Shown: positions 31,970 to 42,911, counted from the first letter of the stretch. The stretch is 64,000 nt of DNA from Cyanophyceae cyanobacterium (GCA_038321985.1 JBBQFN010000004.1:128001-192000); one strand, 5' to 3'. The notes: generated from the sequence alone by a model not told the origin. Numbers and translations: made by a program.

Positions 31970-32064
31970 AAAAATAAACATCCCCACTTGCTATCCTTTT
32001 TGAAATTTGTAAGGGCTTGCTGTGTCATTTTTTAATCTCCAAGTAATCAAAACCAATATCAAAT

Positions 32065-32691
32065 ATGACTCTATCTCAGGACTTGTGGAGAGCCCATCAA
32101 GACTTAGCCCAAGAGTGCCTACAACATCCCTTTGTGCAAGGCATTGGGAAGGGTAACTTACCGCGATATCAGTTTGCCCATTATGTCGGACAGGATGCAT
32201 TTTTCCTAGAATCCTTCGCCCGTTCTTATAGTATTGCTGCGGCAAAAGCTCCCGATTGGCAAGGGTTTGAAATATTCCATACCCTAGCGGCTGGCGTCTT
32301 AGAAGAACTGCGATTACATCACGGGTATGCCAAAAGCTGGGGGATTGATTTCCCTTCAGTGAAACCGACCCCGGCAACTCGTCGTTACACTGATTTTTTA
32401 CTGGCAACTGCCTGGAGTCACGATGTTGGGTTAACGGCAGTGGCAATGGCTCCTTGTATGCGTCTTTACGCTTTCTTAGGGCAGCAATTGGCAAAAGAGG
32501 GGATTCCTAATCATGACTATACCGACTGGATTCGCACCTACACTGGGGATGAGTTCGAGCAATTATCGGGACAGTTGGAACATTTGCTCGATCGCTATGC
32601 TACCTCGACACCCTTAACCCATTCCACCTATCGTTATGCCATGTTGTGCGAACGGGATTTCTTTCAAGCCGCTGTGGAAGTTACGGCGTAA
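32065..32691 (+). CDS. tenA: TenA family protein (thiamine salvage)
   Basis: HPFV..I..G.L, YVGQDAFFL, PCMRLY, WI.TY and E..FF motifs. Confidence 0.88.
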   Translation: MTLSQDLWRAHQDLAQECLQHPFVQGIGKGNLPRYQFAHYVGQDAFFLESFARSYSIAAAKAPDWQGFEIFHTLAAGVLEELRLHHGYAKSWGIDFPSVKPTPATRRYTDFLLATAWSHDVGLTAVAMAPCMRLYAFLGQQLAKEGIPNHDYTDWIRTYTGDEFEQLSGQLEHLLDRYATSTPLTHSTYRYAMLCERDFFQAAVEVTA

Positions 32692-32779
32692 AAACTCCGT
32701 TGAAACCCGAAAATATTTCCGGTTTTATGTTAATTTTACTCCTTCATGTAAGCGTGCCAATTTCCAGAATTAACCCTCC

Positions 32780-33082
32780 ATGTTAGAGACACTTATCATT
32801 TTTTTGGTGGGGATAACGCCGCCGTTACTCTCTGTGTTTGTAATGAGAAAAGCAGAAGATCGGGCGCGAAGTCGCTTGCAAGCAGCGCGCGAAATTCCCA
32901 TTAGGAGAATCCCATCTCCTCCCCCGATTCCCGCCGATCGCCATTATGTAGAAGGCGTGGGGGAAGTGACAGGGGATATAACTTGTCGTTATAATGCGCG
33001 ATCGGCCTATCTGCGTTGCACCCTCAATCCAGAAGGACCTTGTGAAACCTGTCGCCAGTATGAACCTAGAGAGTCTTTTTAA
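32780..33082 (+). CDS. Conserved cyanobacterial protein (DUF6464-like) with N-terminal TM and 4-Cys motif
   Basis: GDITCRYNARSAYLRC..NP.GPC..C..YE. Confidence 0.75.
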   Translation: MLETLIIFLVGITPPLLSVFVMRKAEDRARSRLQAAREIPIRRIPSPPPIPADRHYVEGVGEVTGDITCRYNARSAYLRCTLNPEGPCETCRQYEPRESF

Positions 33083-33163
33083 GGCTGATCAAGGGGAGGC
33101 GGGGCGGTTCTGTAGGCTATGATGCTATGGGCGATCGCTCTGTGGACTTTAAGCTAACCCCTG

Positions 33164-33844
33164 ATGACTGGACTTGATTGGATCGTAATCACCGTTTATC
33201 TAATCTGCGTGAGTGCTGTCTTATTACGAGCATTTTCTTCTTTGTTGGCTGAGAAAATTATCGTCAGAGTGGATGAAAGTTTTTTGAAAAATCAACTGGA
33301 AAGCCAAAATCTAGAAAATCGGGTTCGGTTTAAATTTTTTCTGGCCTCTCAATACGACTTAGACGAGTTACGATTAATAGAAGTGAGTCTGCAAAATCCT
33401 TCTCCTAGTCAAACGCTTTATATTGATTGGGATTATAGCGCTTTAATTGATGCCCAAGGCCGCGAACAACGCCTAGTTAGACTCCCCCCCGGGATGACTT
33501 TTGATTTGTTACCGGCTCAAGTTTTTAGCGTCATTGCTCCGGGAAAAACGCTTCAAGAAAAATTTACCGCAGAATCAGCCTTAAAACGAGATATAGAAAT
33601 TGGACCCTTAAAACCCACTCGGGAAATGCTAAACCTGGCCCCGCTCAGACCTGATCCAAGACAGCAGGTTTCACCCAAAGCTACACTTCCGAGTCTATCG
33701 TTCACGGTGCAGTTTGGCCTCCGTTTTGGTATGGGAGAACATAATCTAGGTAATCTCCCTCTTTATATGGTAAATTGTCGCTTTACGGCTTCGATATTGC
33801 CCTGGGTTGTTAATATTCCCTGGAATAAACGCCGGGAGTTTTAA
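33164..33844 (+). CDS. Hypothetical protein with N-terminal TM anchor
   Basis: 226-aa ORF; hydrophobic N-terminus; YIDWD.S motif. Confidence 0.7.
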   Translation: MTGLDWIVITVYLICVSAVLLRAFSSLLAEKIIVRVDESFLKNQLESQNLENRVRFKFFLASQYDLDELRLIEVSLQNPSPSQTLYIDWDYSALIDAQGREQRLVRLPPGMTFDLLPAQVFSVIAPGKTLQEKFTAESALKRDIEIGPLKPTREMLNLAPLRPDPRQQVSPKATLPSLSFTVQFGLRFGMGEHNLGNLPLYMVNCRFTASILPWVVNIPWNKRREF

Positions 33845-34042
33845 AGGGGAATTTGGGTTGATTGGAATCGGTGATTCCCGGTAAAAAATCGATGTTTTAG
33901 GGAATGAAACAGATTAAACAAAGGCGATCGCTCCGTCCGTTGCACAGGCAATCTGTCTGGGTGGGTAAAGGCACTTTCAGAAAATTGATAAGGCGAATAA
34001 ATAAGATAGGATTGTTGCAGTCAATGGACTATAATTTGAAAT

Positions 34043-34438
34043 GGGAGAGAGTTGGCGCAGGCAGTTGCGGATTCTCACGAATCTGAGGAAAGTCCGGGCT
34101 CCCGAAAGATCAGACTTGCTGGGTAACGCCCAGTGCGGGTGACCGTGAGGATAGTGCCACAGAAACATACCGCCGATGGAGGGATTGTCCGTTTGGGCGA
34201 TCGCTCACAGGTAAGGGTGCAAAGGTGTGGTAAGAGCGCACCAGCAGCGTCGAGAGGCGCTGGCTCGGTAAACCCCGGTTGGGAGCAAGGTCGAAGGAAC
34301 AAGGGTTGGTCTTTTACCCGTTCCGCTTAGGAAGAACCGCTAGAGGCTTCTGGTAACAGAGGTCCCAGATAGATAACTGCCCCATTCGTGGCCATGTCAC
34401 GAGTGGAACAGAACCCGGCTTATGTCCGGCTCTCTCCC
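34043..34438 (+). ncRNA. rnpB: RNase P RNA (type A)
   Basis: GAGGAAAGTCCGGGCT, AGTGCCACAGAAA and ACAGAACCCGGCTTA conserved boxes; P1 GGGAGAGAG/CTCTCTCCC; TATAAT at 34030. Confidence 0.97.
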
Positions 34439-34464
34439 CTTCCATTTTTTATTCTTTATTTTAT

Positions 34465-34500
34465 TAAGTTTAAATTTTCAAGTTTAAATTTTAAATTTTA
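34465..34500. repeat. AT-rich heptamer tandem repeats (STRR-like)
   Basis: TAAGTTT AAATTTT CAAGTTT AAATTTT AAATTTT. Confidence 0.45.
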
Positions 34501-34548
34501 GTTAATCTAGATGGGTTAAAATTCTAAATTCTTCGACTTTATTATATT

Positions 34549-35283
34549 ATGACTATTCTTTATCCACACCGAGAACGCGAGTTACAGAAACTATTGCAAA
34601 AATTAGGACTCTCCGACGGCAGAGCAGTCCGTTTGGACTTATTAGAGTTGGCATTGACTCACCCGAGCGTTTCGGGGGAAGCGAATTACGAGCAGTTAGA
34701 GTTTACTGGGGATGCAGTAGTGCGGTTAGCTGCTGCGGAATTATTAATGGAACTATATCCCGCCGAAAAAGTGGGGGAGTTGGCAACGATTCGTTCGGTT
34801 TTGGTGAGCGATCGCACCTTAGCAGAGATTGCAGACGGTTATGGACTAGAGCGCTATCTTCTGGTTTCGGCGAGTGCAGCCGGGGATATTACGGGCAAGG
34901 AATCCCGCTTAGCGGATGCCTTTGAAGCCATTTTAGCGGCTCTATATTTAAGTACCCATAATTTGGATTTAATTCGTCCTTGGTTAGATCCAGAATTTAA
35001 ACAGCGATCGGAAGAAATTCGCAAAGATCCAGCGCGTCACAACTATAAAGATGCGCTTCAGGAATGGACTCAAGTCCACTATAAAATTTTACCTGAATAT
35101 CGGGTTTTTGAAACCCATCGGGAGCATTACCATCCCGATCGCTTTACTGCTGAAGTATGGCTACGGGGAGAAGTCAAAGGAAATGGCACCGGACGCAGTA
35201 AAAAAGCCGCCGAACAAGCCGCAGCAAAGGTGGCATTTTTTGCCCTGAAAGAGTTGGATGTAGCTCACGAATCCACATCATAA
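34549..35283 (+). CDS. rnc: Ribonuclease III
   Basis: NYEQLEFTGDAV; LADAFEA; C-terminal dsRBD (NYKDALQE...G.GRSKKAAEQAAA). Confidence 0.95.
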   Translation: MTILYPHRERELQKLLQKLGLSDGRAVRLDLLELALTHPSVSGEANYEQLEFTGDAVVRLAAAELLMELYPAEKVGELATIRSVLVSDRTLAEIADGYGLERYLLVSASAAGDITGKESRLADAFEAILAALYLSTHNLDLIRPWLDPEFKQRSEEIRKDPARHNYKDALQEWTQVHYKILPEYRVFETHREHYHPDRFTAEVWLRGEVKGNGTGRSKKAAEQAAAKVAFFALKELDVAHESTS

Positions 35284-35293
35284 CCATTAAAAA

Positions 35294-36367
35294 ATGTCAA
35301 GTCCGATAAGTCCGATTGGGATTGCAATTCTAGGGGCGGGTCGTTGGGGCGTCCATTTGATCCGAAATTTTTTAAACCATCCCCAAGCCCGAGTGATGGC
35401 GGTGGTGGACCCTCATCCCGAGCGATTGACCGCAGCGCGATCGCAATTTAACTTTGATCCGAGTGTGATTCTGGCAACCGATTGGCAGGACATCAAACAA
35501 TTGCCGGGACTCGAAGCCGTAGCAGTCGCGACTCCTGCGGCTACCCACTATGCCCTAATCTCCGATGCCCTGCACCAGAACTATCACATCTTAGCGGAAA
35601 AACCCCTAACCCTTGACCCCCAGGAGTGTCGGGAATTATATCAACTCGCCCAACAACGTCAGCGTCAGATCCTCGTGGATCATACCTATTTGTTTCATCC
35701 GGCGGTCATCGCCGGAACTGAAGTGATCAAAGGGGGACGAGTGGGGGAATTGCGCTACGGATATGCCACACGCAGCCATTTGGGTCCCGTGCGATCGGAT
35801 GTGGATGCCCTGTGGGACTTAGCCATTCACGATATCGCTATTTTCAATACCTGGCTGGGAGAAAACCCGATTCAAGTCCAAGCTACGGGGCGAGTGTGGT
35901 TGCCACCCAACCGGATGGAGAGCAAGGATTCGCCACTGTTTCCCCAGGGGTTATCAGATTTAGTCATGGCAACCCTAAACTATCCCAGTGGATTTCAGGC
36001 ATTTATTCACCTGTGCTGGTTTAATCCAGATAAACAGAGACGGTTGGCGGTAGTCGGCAGTCAAGGAACCTTGATATTTGATGAAATGTCAGCGGATGCC
36101 CCGTTGGTGATCCAACAGGGTTGTTTAGAACCACAAGGCGATCGCTGGATTCCCACCTCTCAAAACCGGGAAGTGGTGAGTTTAGAAAAAGCTGAACCTC
36201 TAGGACGGGTATGCGATCGCTTTTTGGAGTTGGTGCGCCAAAATGGACAAAACGAACAATATAGGGGAGTAGACTCATCACGAGAGGCGATCGCTACCGA
36301 ATTAACCCTCATTTTGACCGCTCTAAGTCACTCGATCCAACAAGGGGGACTACCCGTTAAGATTTAG
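35294..36367 (+). CDS. Gfo/Idh/MocA family oxidoreductase
   Basis: GAGRWG; ATPAATH; EKP; WDLAIHD. Confidence 0.9.
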   Translation: MSSPISPIGIAILGAGRWGVHLIRNFLNHPQARVMAVVDPHPERLTAARSQFNFDPSVILATDWQDIKQLPGLEAVAVATPAATHYALISDALHQNYHILAEKPLTLDPQECRELYQLAQQRQRQILVDHTYLFHPAVIAGTEVIKGGRVGELRYGYATRSHLGPVRSDVDALWDLAIHDIAIFNTWLGENPIQVQATGRVWLPPNRMESKDSPLFPQGLSDLVMATLNYPSGFQAFIHLCWFNPDKQRRLAVVGSQGTLIFDEMSADAPLVIQQGCLEPQGDRWIPTSQNREVVSLEKAEPLGRVCDRFLELVRQNGQNEQYRGVDSSREAIATELTLILTALSHSIQQGGLPVKI

Positions 36368-36472
36368 GAAAAATTTACCTTTATCCTCAAGCGCTTAAGA
36401 AACAACAGACAGCAAGTCGTTAATCCTAACTGCTCGAACCCACTGATGGGTGGAAGAGATTTTTAGAAAAAT

Positions 36473-38509
36473 TTAGCAATTTTGTTCTTCTGGGGTTTTC
36501 GACTCAGACCCCGCAGCAACGGAAGGAGTGGAATTCACAATCGGTAAAACCACCTCAACCGTTGTCCCTTGACCAATGCCCTTACTTTGGAGGCGAATAA
36601 TGCCCCCCATCAATTCAACTAAATTGCGCGAGATCGCTAAACCCAATCCCGTACCTCCTTTGGGGCGAGTTCGCGATCCATCCACCATTACAAACGGTTG
36701 AAAAAGTTTTTGCTGCTGATCCGGTGCAATGCCAATCCCCGTATCTTGAATCGCAATCACTAAATGAGGATAGCCATTTCCATTCACCGAGTCTCCTTTA
36801 GTAAAGGACTTACCTTCCGTTAGTCCTTCTATGCGAGTTGAAAGGGTGATGCTGCCGGTATCGGTAAATTTAATTGAATTCCCTATCAAATTCAAAAGCG
36901 CTTGTTTGAGTTTAGCCGGGTCAGCGTCCACCGTAATCGAATCAGAACTTTCCCGGAAATTTAACTGTAAACCCTTCTGCTGAATCGCCGCTTGCTGCAA
37001 TTCGATCGCTTCTTTGATCAGGCGTTTAACATCCACCTGTTCCATAACAACCGATAGGGTTCCTGCTTCAATTTTAGAAATATCAAGAATATCATTAATA
37101 ATATTCAATAGATGAATTGCCGCATCATCTGCTCTTTGAAGAAACTCGATTTCTTCATCCCGGTTATCACAGCAATCATCACGAACTAAACGAATGCAGC
37201 CAATAATCGCATTCAGAGGCGTTCTCAACTCGTGAGAAATCGTTGCCAAAAATTCATTTTTTAGTTGGTTGGCAACTTTAGCTTCTTTCCAGGCACTTTC
37301 TAACTCCTCCGCCCAGGCTTTCAAGCGTTCTACCATGCCGTCGAGTGCTTCAGCTAGAAGGTTGAACTCTCGAATGCTCAAGTTATGCGGCACTCGTTCC
37401 GTTGTAGCACGGCACTGAATGTTCATCGCATAGGCTTGCAATTTTTCAATGGGTAATGCTAAATCGCGAGTTAAGTACAGGGTCGCTAGGAGGTTAGCCG
37501 CTAATAGACCTAAAACCAAAGTGACGAGAACATTTTGAATCTCCCTCAACCCTGCCAGTGCATTATCAAGGGGGGTGACAGCCAGGATAACCCATTTGCT
37601 TTGTTCTCCACCAGATAGAGGACTGGGAATAGCGGTATATCCGGAGAGTAATTCGGTTCCTTCTTGATCAAAATTAAACAGATGGACAAAAGCCTGACGG
37701 TCTTGGATGGCGTTTTTAACAATACTTTCTAAGCGTCTGGCATCTTCTTCGTCCTGAATGTTGCGTCCGACGCGACTGAGGTCGTTCCCATGTTCGAGAA
37801 TGGTTCCGTCTTGGTTGATAACGACGGTATAGCCGGTGAGAGAACCGGGTTCAATCCGGCGATCGCTAGCCCGTTGTCCTAAAGTTGACAGAATGGTTAA
37901 GGCATAGTCAGGAACCCCTGAATTGTTCACCGCCAAGGGATTGTTAGGATCCAAGTACACCGGGGCGCTCAAAATCAATTTAAGTTGATCGAAATAGCTG
38001 GGGTCATTTGGGGGGGTAACTGAAGCTGAATCCGAGGAGTGGATTTCCGATAAGATGGTTTTGATCTGCACTCCTACCGCGTTCCCTGCCGCCGGCGCGC
38101 CTTGTTGTTGCCACATCTGCAAGATTTGATCACTCAGAGGTTGATTCCCACAGGTACTGGCAACGAGTTGGGTGGTTTGAATATTAGTCAGTTGAACGCA
38201 TTGGACCTTAGTGGGGAATCGTCGCGCGAGTTGCTCGATATAATTTTGGGAAGATTGCGCCGAACCGGAGTGCAGCACAACGGATTCGCTTGCCGTTAGC
38301 AGGTTCGCCTGGAGAGATTCGAGGGAGGCATTAATGCTATCCCCTTTGCGAATGGCGCTTTCGGTCAAGTTTTGGCGAGCGGTTTCTAAAAGACTAGAGC
38401 GTGCCTTTCGATAGGTCACATACTCCCCTAACAGCAAAACAGGGACGCTTAGGAGTAAAATCCGCGACAGCAGGATACGGCGAAAGGAGGATTGACCTGA
38501 CTTAACCAT
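36473..38509 (-). CDS. Membrane sensor histidine kinase (periplasmic Cache-like domain, HAMP, HisKA, HATPase)
   Basis: Two TM segments; ISHELRTPLN; NLIGNSIKF; DTGIG; GGTGLGL. Confidence 0.92.
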   Translation of the reverse strand: MVKSGQSSFRRILLSRILLLSVPVLLLGEYVTYRKARSSLLETARQNLTESAIRKGDSINASLESLQANLLTASESVVLHSGSAQSSQNYIEQLARRFPTKVQCVQLTNIQTTQLVASTCGNQPLSDQILQMWQQQGAPAAGNAVGVQIKTILSEIHSSDSASVTPPNDPSYFDQLKLILSAPVYLDPNNPLAVNNSGVPDYALTILSTLGQRASDRRIEPGSLTGYTVVINQDGTILEHGNDLSRVGRNIQDEEDARRLESIVKNAIQDRQAFVHLFNFDQEGTELLSGYTAIPSPLSGGEQSKWVILAVTPLDNALAGLREIQNVLVTLVLGLLAANLLATLYLTRDLALPIEKLQAYAMNIQCRATTERVPHNLSIREFNLLAEALDGMVERLKAWAEELESAWKEAKVANQLKNEFLATISHELRTPLNAIIGCIRLVRDDCCDNRDEEIEFLQRADDAAIHLLNIINDILDISKIEAGTLSVVMEQVDVKRLIKEAIELQQAAIQQKGLQLNFRESSDSITVDADPAKLKQALLNLIGNSIKFTDTGSITLSTRIEGLTEGKSFTKGDSVNGNGYPHLVIAIQDTGIGIAPDQQQKLFQPFVMVDGSRTRPKGGTGLGLAISRNLVELMGGIIRLQSKGIGQGTTVEVVLPIVNSTPSVAAGSESKTPEEQNC

Positions 38510-39624
38510 AAGAAGTTTTTAGCGTTTAGGATGCAAGCCCCGGTGGTAACAACAGTTGAAACGCCCAGATGGGTAGGACATTTTTCCCTTGCGTGTTACA
38601 GCTACGAGGCAGAACTTTTGTTACCAAAATTGCGAGGCTGCTACAAACGGATGTTGTCATTAACCCAATTCTATAAAAGTTATTGTCACCCTGCTGATTA
38701 AATACGACAATGGATGTCTCATACCCCATTAGTCTGGACCATTAGTCGGGATCGATAATGGCATGGAGGACACAGAACACTTAGAGGGGCGAATTTTCCG
38801 GATGGGGACCCCTGGGCGAAACCGCCAATCTGGAAGAGGCGATCGCCTATCTGTCTCTTAGTTTTCCCCAAAATCTCCAGAAAGGATTGGGATTTATTAT
38901 TGAATCGCCCAGGTTTTTTGTCAACCAGACGAAAGATGACTGATCCGAGGGAGGAATGGCTTGGGATTGGTCCCCAGGGTTAGTGGGTCTGTACTGGATG
39001 CTCTCGGTTTGCCTGGATTTTGACTTTTGGACCTCGGACGGTGGAATCCCCCCTCTTTGATTTAGCTTCAGTTTTGGATAGTTGCTGGCGTTGAGCAAAA
39101 GAAGACAGACTGCCTTAAATTCCTATATCTGGAAGGGTTCGGTTCTCCGTAAGTTAAAGCCCCGGTTAAACCCAGGCATTGGTCACGGTGAGAACCGACT
39201 CAAAAACCGTTAATCTCTGGGGTTTTGAGTGGGGCCTCTTGGGGAAAACATTGTTTTCCAGATTCTTATCTATTTTTTTAGATAGAAGCAACGCCTAAAT
39301 CCGGGATGCCCTTATTCCACAAGTTTTGCATAGAATTGCCGGAAATGCTAGGCCGCTAAAGCTTTTTAAATGGGCTATTTTTGAGCGAAAAAAGGCCAAC
39401 TCTTGTTAATAATGATTAAATCCTGTTGAGACTGGGGAAGGGCTGCGCCTAAACCTTCCGTAAAAGGGTCACCGTTCCCAATGAAGGGTGGTCCCGCATC
39501 AGGAGACGGTGACAAGAGAGGGGAGTTTTTAACGTTTCTGCCCGAGTGCGCGGTGGGAGGCTATCTAGTTTGCCTAGGCGATCGAGCTTCCCGGTTCAGA
39601 GTTTTTTCTCGGGTTGAGGGGTTA

Positions 39625-41016
39625 TCACTGTTTAGGTGAGCTTTGCTGGGGGTTCAAGACCGTATAGTAACTGGTAACCAAGGCAACAGCAAGCCACCAG
39701 AGGATATTGATTTGAGGTCGATACCAGACGGTATCAAAGGCTCCGTGGGCCAGCATACCTAGGATAATTGAGATTCCGGCAATGAGCCAGTACCCTTCAC
39801 GACTGGCTTGATCTCGCAGGGGCTTGATCTGTCTTAACCCTTGGCTAAGGGTTACCCAAATCAAGGTGAGGAAGGCCGCTAGACCAATGAATCCGGTTTC
39901 GACGGCGATTTCTAACGGCACGGAATAGGCACTCAAGGCGGTATATTTGGGACGCATATAAAGGGGGTAGATTTGATTAAATGCGGTGTTACCGGGCCCA
40001 ATGCCGATAATAGGGCGATCGCGAATCATTTCAAACACCGCCTCCCAAACATTAATGCGGAAGTTATTGCTACTATCCTCCCGTCCCACCAACATACTCG
40101 CGGCTCGCTCTCGCACGGGTTCTACAAATAGCAGAGCCAGGAGAATAACCCCTACGGTTGCGCCTAATACCGCAGGCATTGCCCATTTTCGCCACTTTTG
40201 GGGGAGCTTGACACTCCACCAATAGACTAAGAGGAGGACTAGGGTAAATCCGGCAACAACAAAGCCGATCCATCCGCCTCGACTATAGGTGAGGATCAGG
40301 CATAAGGTGTTGACGAGCGTCATGGTGACGGCTAAGGCTTTTGGGAGCCACCCGCGCCAAGCAAAAATTGCGGCAATCCCTAGGACAACCGCCGGCAAAA
40401 TATAAGCAGCTAGAAGGTTAGGATTACCGAGGTAACTATAGACTCGGGTTACCTTCGCCATGGACGAGTTAGGATCGGTCCAAGTCGCTAGGGCACTTGC
40501 ACCGAAGCGCCATTGTCGGATGCCATAGATACTAACAAAGGTAGCAACGTGAAGGTAGAGGGCAATGATAAAGGAGCGCAATTTTGGCGATCGCAATACC
40601 CGCGTGAGCAGAGCAAATAGGAGTAAAAAGAGGGTGAGTTTGGTCCACCCGATAAAGGCCGCCTTTTTCACGGGGGACATGGCGGTAGCAACGGTGCTAA
40701 TTCCCCAATACAGCAGAATTAGCAAGTGAACGGGGGTAAATCCACTGTTGTCATCATCGGCTAAAGTGACGAGTATCCAATAGCCTCCGCAAGCCACCAA
40801 TAACACGCCAATTAGGGCGGTTGAAACAAAGGGCCCGAGGATAAAGAGCAATCCTACTAATAGCGCGGCGATCGGGTCAGCCCACTGGATCAAGAAACTG
40901 CCTCGACGCAGAGGGGAGAGAATGCCGATCACTTGATGCAAGTAACTGGCGCTACTCCACTGATATAAGGGTAGATTGGATCCCAAACTGAAGACTGCTG
41001 GAAACAGATTTCTCAT
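39625..41016 (-). CDS. ictB: IctB family (O-antigen-ligase-like) membrane protein
   Basis: RVYSYLGNPNLLA, TYSRGGW, REDSSNNFRINVW and LSAYS motifs; ATG at 41016 gives 463 aa. Confidence 0.92.
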   Translation of the reverse strand: MRNLFPAVFSLGSNLPLYQWSSASYLHQVIGILSPLRRGSFLIQWADPIAALLVGLLFILGPFVSTALIGVLLVACGGYWILVTLADDDNSGFTPVHLLILLYWGISTVATAMSPVKKAAFIGWTKLTLFLLLFALLTRVLRSPKLRSFIIALYLHVATFVSIYGIRQWRFGASALATWTDPNSSMAKVTRVYSYLGNPNLLAAYILPAVVLGIAAIFAWRGWLPKALAVTMTLVNTLCLILTYSRGGWIGFVVAGFTLVLLLVYWWSVKLPQKWRKWAMPAVLGATVGVILLALLFVEPVRERAASMLVGREDSSNNFRINVWEAVFEMIRDRPIIGIGPGNTAFNQIYPLYMRPKYTALSAYSVPLEIAVETGFIGLAAFLTLIWVTLSQGLRQIKPLRDQASREGYWLIAGISIILGMLAHGAFDTVWYRPQINILWWLAVALVTSYYTVLNPQQSSPKQ

Positions 41017-41324
41017 AAAATTTAACACCCAATGGAACCCGACAATGAAAGTTTTCCTATGATTTAAGCTGCCCCTACTATAGCGTCGGTGTTTCCAGGG
41101 ACAGCTAGGGTTAACCCGGAGCATTAATGGGGGGCGATCGCCTGGAAGGGACCGTAAAATTATCGGTCTATGTTGCAGATAGACCCTGAGATAAACTCTC
41201 TCGTTATCCAATTGCTGCCGCTGCTTTCCCGGTTTCTTTATCAGAAAATTCTACGGCGTCCTACAGTCTCGGGGTAGCTATTAGATAAAGTTGTCCCTCC
41301 TCCCCTACCCATGCCCTAGGGAGC

Positions 41325-42044
41325 CTAACCCCATGCCGGATGAGTCAGCAACTTTTCAATGACTCGAACCCCACGCAGTTGATTAGACAGGGGTAAATGA
41401 CCTCGCGGAGCCGTTAAATCCCAGGTAAATTCTCCGGGATATCGGGTCCAGGTATTGCCATTCTTCCAGCCAATTTTCGGCCAGAGTTTGTCCCAATTTT
41501 TCCCGACTCCGAGCCAAATTTCCCGCTGCACAGATAAGCCAAATTTCCCTTCAGAATACACCCGCCAAAGATGATCTAGGGTTTGCAGGTCTTCACTGGG
41601 AAATTTATCAATGTCCGTGAAATAAAGCCACTTTCTTTCCATTGCTTTAGGTCCGGCCAGTTCGCACAGTTTTTGCATACTGATGCGATCCGCCGCTTGA
41701 AAGTCTTGTTTTGCCAACAATTCTTGGATTTCAGAATAATCAATACCCCGCTTAGATTCCAAGGAAACAACCCCGTTAGGATAGGAAGTTCCCAAAAAAT
41801 CTGCGATCGCAGGAGAATCAGTTTTTAGCAGTAATTGATAGACTTTTCCATCTATAAAATTGACTGGGCCGTTCTGACGCTCTTGCAAAAATTGCTTTAA
41901 TAGGTTTAGACCCGCTTCCCCCGTTCCGGCAAGCTGTTCGATCAGTTGAAGCTGATTTTTCTCTGGGGCAGTTTTTAATTTGGATTCAAGCTCGGCTAGA
42001 TTGGCGGAAGTTTCGGATAGGGATGACGTTGTTGGTTCACTCAT
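41325..42044 (-). CDS. gun4: GUN4 (Ycf53) Mg-chelatase activator
   Basis: RKWLYFT, LW..YS.GKFG.SVQ, WTRYPGEFTW and GHLPLSNQLRG motifs. Confidence 0.93.
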   Translation of the reverse strand: MSEPTTSSLSETSANLAELESKLKTAPEKNQLQLIEQLAGTGEAGLNLLKQFLQERQNGPVNFIDGKVYQLLLKTDSPAIADFLGTSYPNGVVSLESKRGIDYSEIQELLAKQDFQAADRISMQKLCELAGPKAMERKWLYFTDIDKFPSEDLQTLDHLWRVYSEGKFGLSVQREIWLGVGKNWDKLWPKIGWKNGNTWTRYPGEFTWDLTAPRGHLPLSNQLRGVRVIEKLLTHPAWG

Positions 42045-42365
42045 AGTTGTTGAATATCGAATTAACAAGCAGGTATTTTACTGGCTCTAAAATTGAAGAC
42101 TTAAATGGTTTTAACCAGTAACTTCCTGAGACATTAATTCTTGAAATCAGAAGAAAATAACATAGAAGTTACAAAAAATTGATACTTTTAATGGGAACAG
42201 TCCAGGAGATTCCTGTCCCACTCAAGGACAACTGATTCTTGTGCTAACACTAGGTCTGTGGGAGGGTATCCGACATTCGTCGTGAGCATTGTTCCCAAAG
42301 CGCCACTAAAATCGGTGGAGATTTTAGCTCCTGAATGGGGACACTTTAAAAGAGCGCTCTTCAGG

Positions 42366-42854
42366 TTAGGCGTTGAGAATAGAAAGAATTATACCAGTAG
42401 TGGAGGTCGGAACTTCAATTTTGCAAAGTTCGATGCGGCCCCCATAGCCTTGAACTGTTGGGGCTTCAGGGAGGCTCTCTACAGTCCAGTCTCCACCTTT
42501 GACATAAATATCGGGTTTGAGGGCTTGGAGCATTGTGATGGCGGTGGGTTCGTTAAAAATAATCACGCCGTCTACAGCTTTTAAGGCACAAAGGACTTCG
42601 GCCCGTTGGTTTTCGGGGATAATGGGTCGCGGGGGCATTCCCGGTTGAGCGGGTTTGATGGTTTGGACGGAGCGATCGCTATTTAACCCAACAACTAGAG
42701 TCCGACCTAAGGATTGGGCGGTTTGTAAGTAACGAACATGACCGACATGAAGCAGATCGAAACAGCCATTTGTAAATACTAAGGGTCGCCACTGCTCAGG
42801 GTGAGCGGCGATCGCCTGGACTAAACTAGAAATCGTGTAAATACCAGGAATCAT
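42366..42854 (-). CDS. RfaE domain II-like nucleotidyltransferase (HxGH family)
   Basis: FTNGCFDLLHVGH, VGLNSD, KGGD and STT motifs. Confidence 0.88.
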   Translation of the reverse strand: MIPGIYTISSLVQAIAAHPEQWRPLVFTNGCFDLLHVGHVRYLQTAQSLGRTLVVGLNSDRSVQTIKPAQPGMPPRPIIPENQRAEVLCALKAVDGVIIFNEPTAITMLQALKPDIYVKGGDWTVESLPEAPTVQGYGGRIELCKIEVPTSTTGIILSILNA

Positions 42855-42911
42855 AGGGTGATCTAAAACAGCAAACAGCAGATATTTTATAACACAGGGT
42901 TCTGATCCGAC

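Noticed and set aside
31970..32064. TPP riboswitch upstream of tenA
   Set aside because: No CTGAGA or other TPP core motifs; the structure nearby belongs to the MITE-like repeat.
33904..34330. Short ORFs at 33904, 33977, 34075 and 34133
   Set aside because: They overlap rnpB and its promoter, so they are shadow ORFs.
39430..39445. Cobalamin riboswitch suggested by ACTGGGGAAGG
   Set aside because: The other B12-box elements are absent and there is no B12-related gene downstream.
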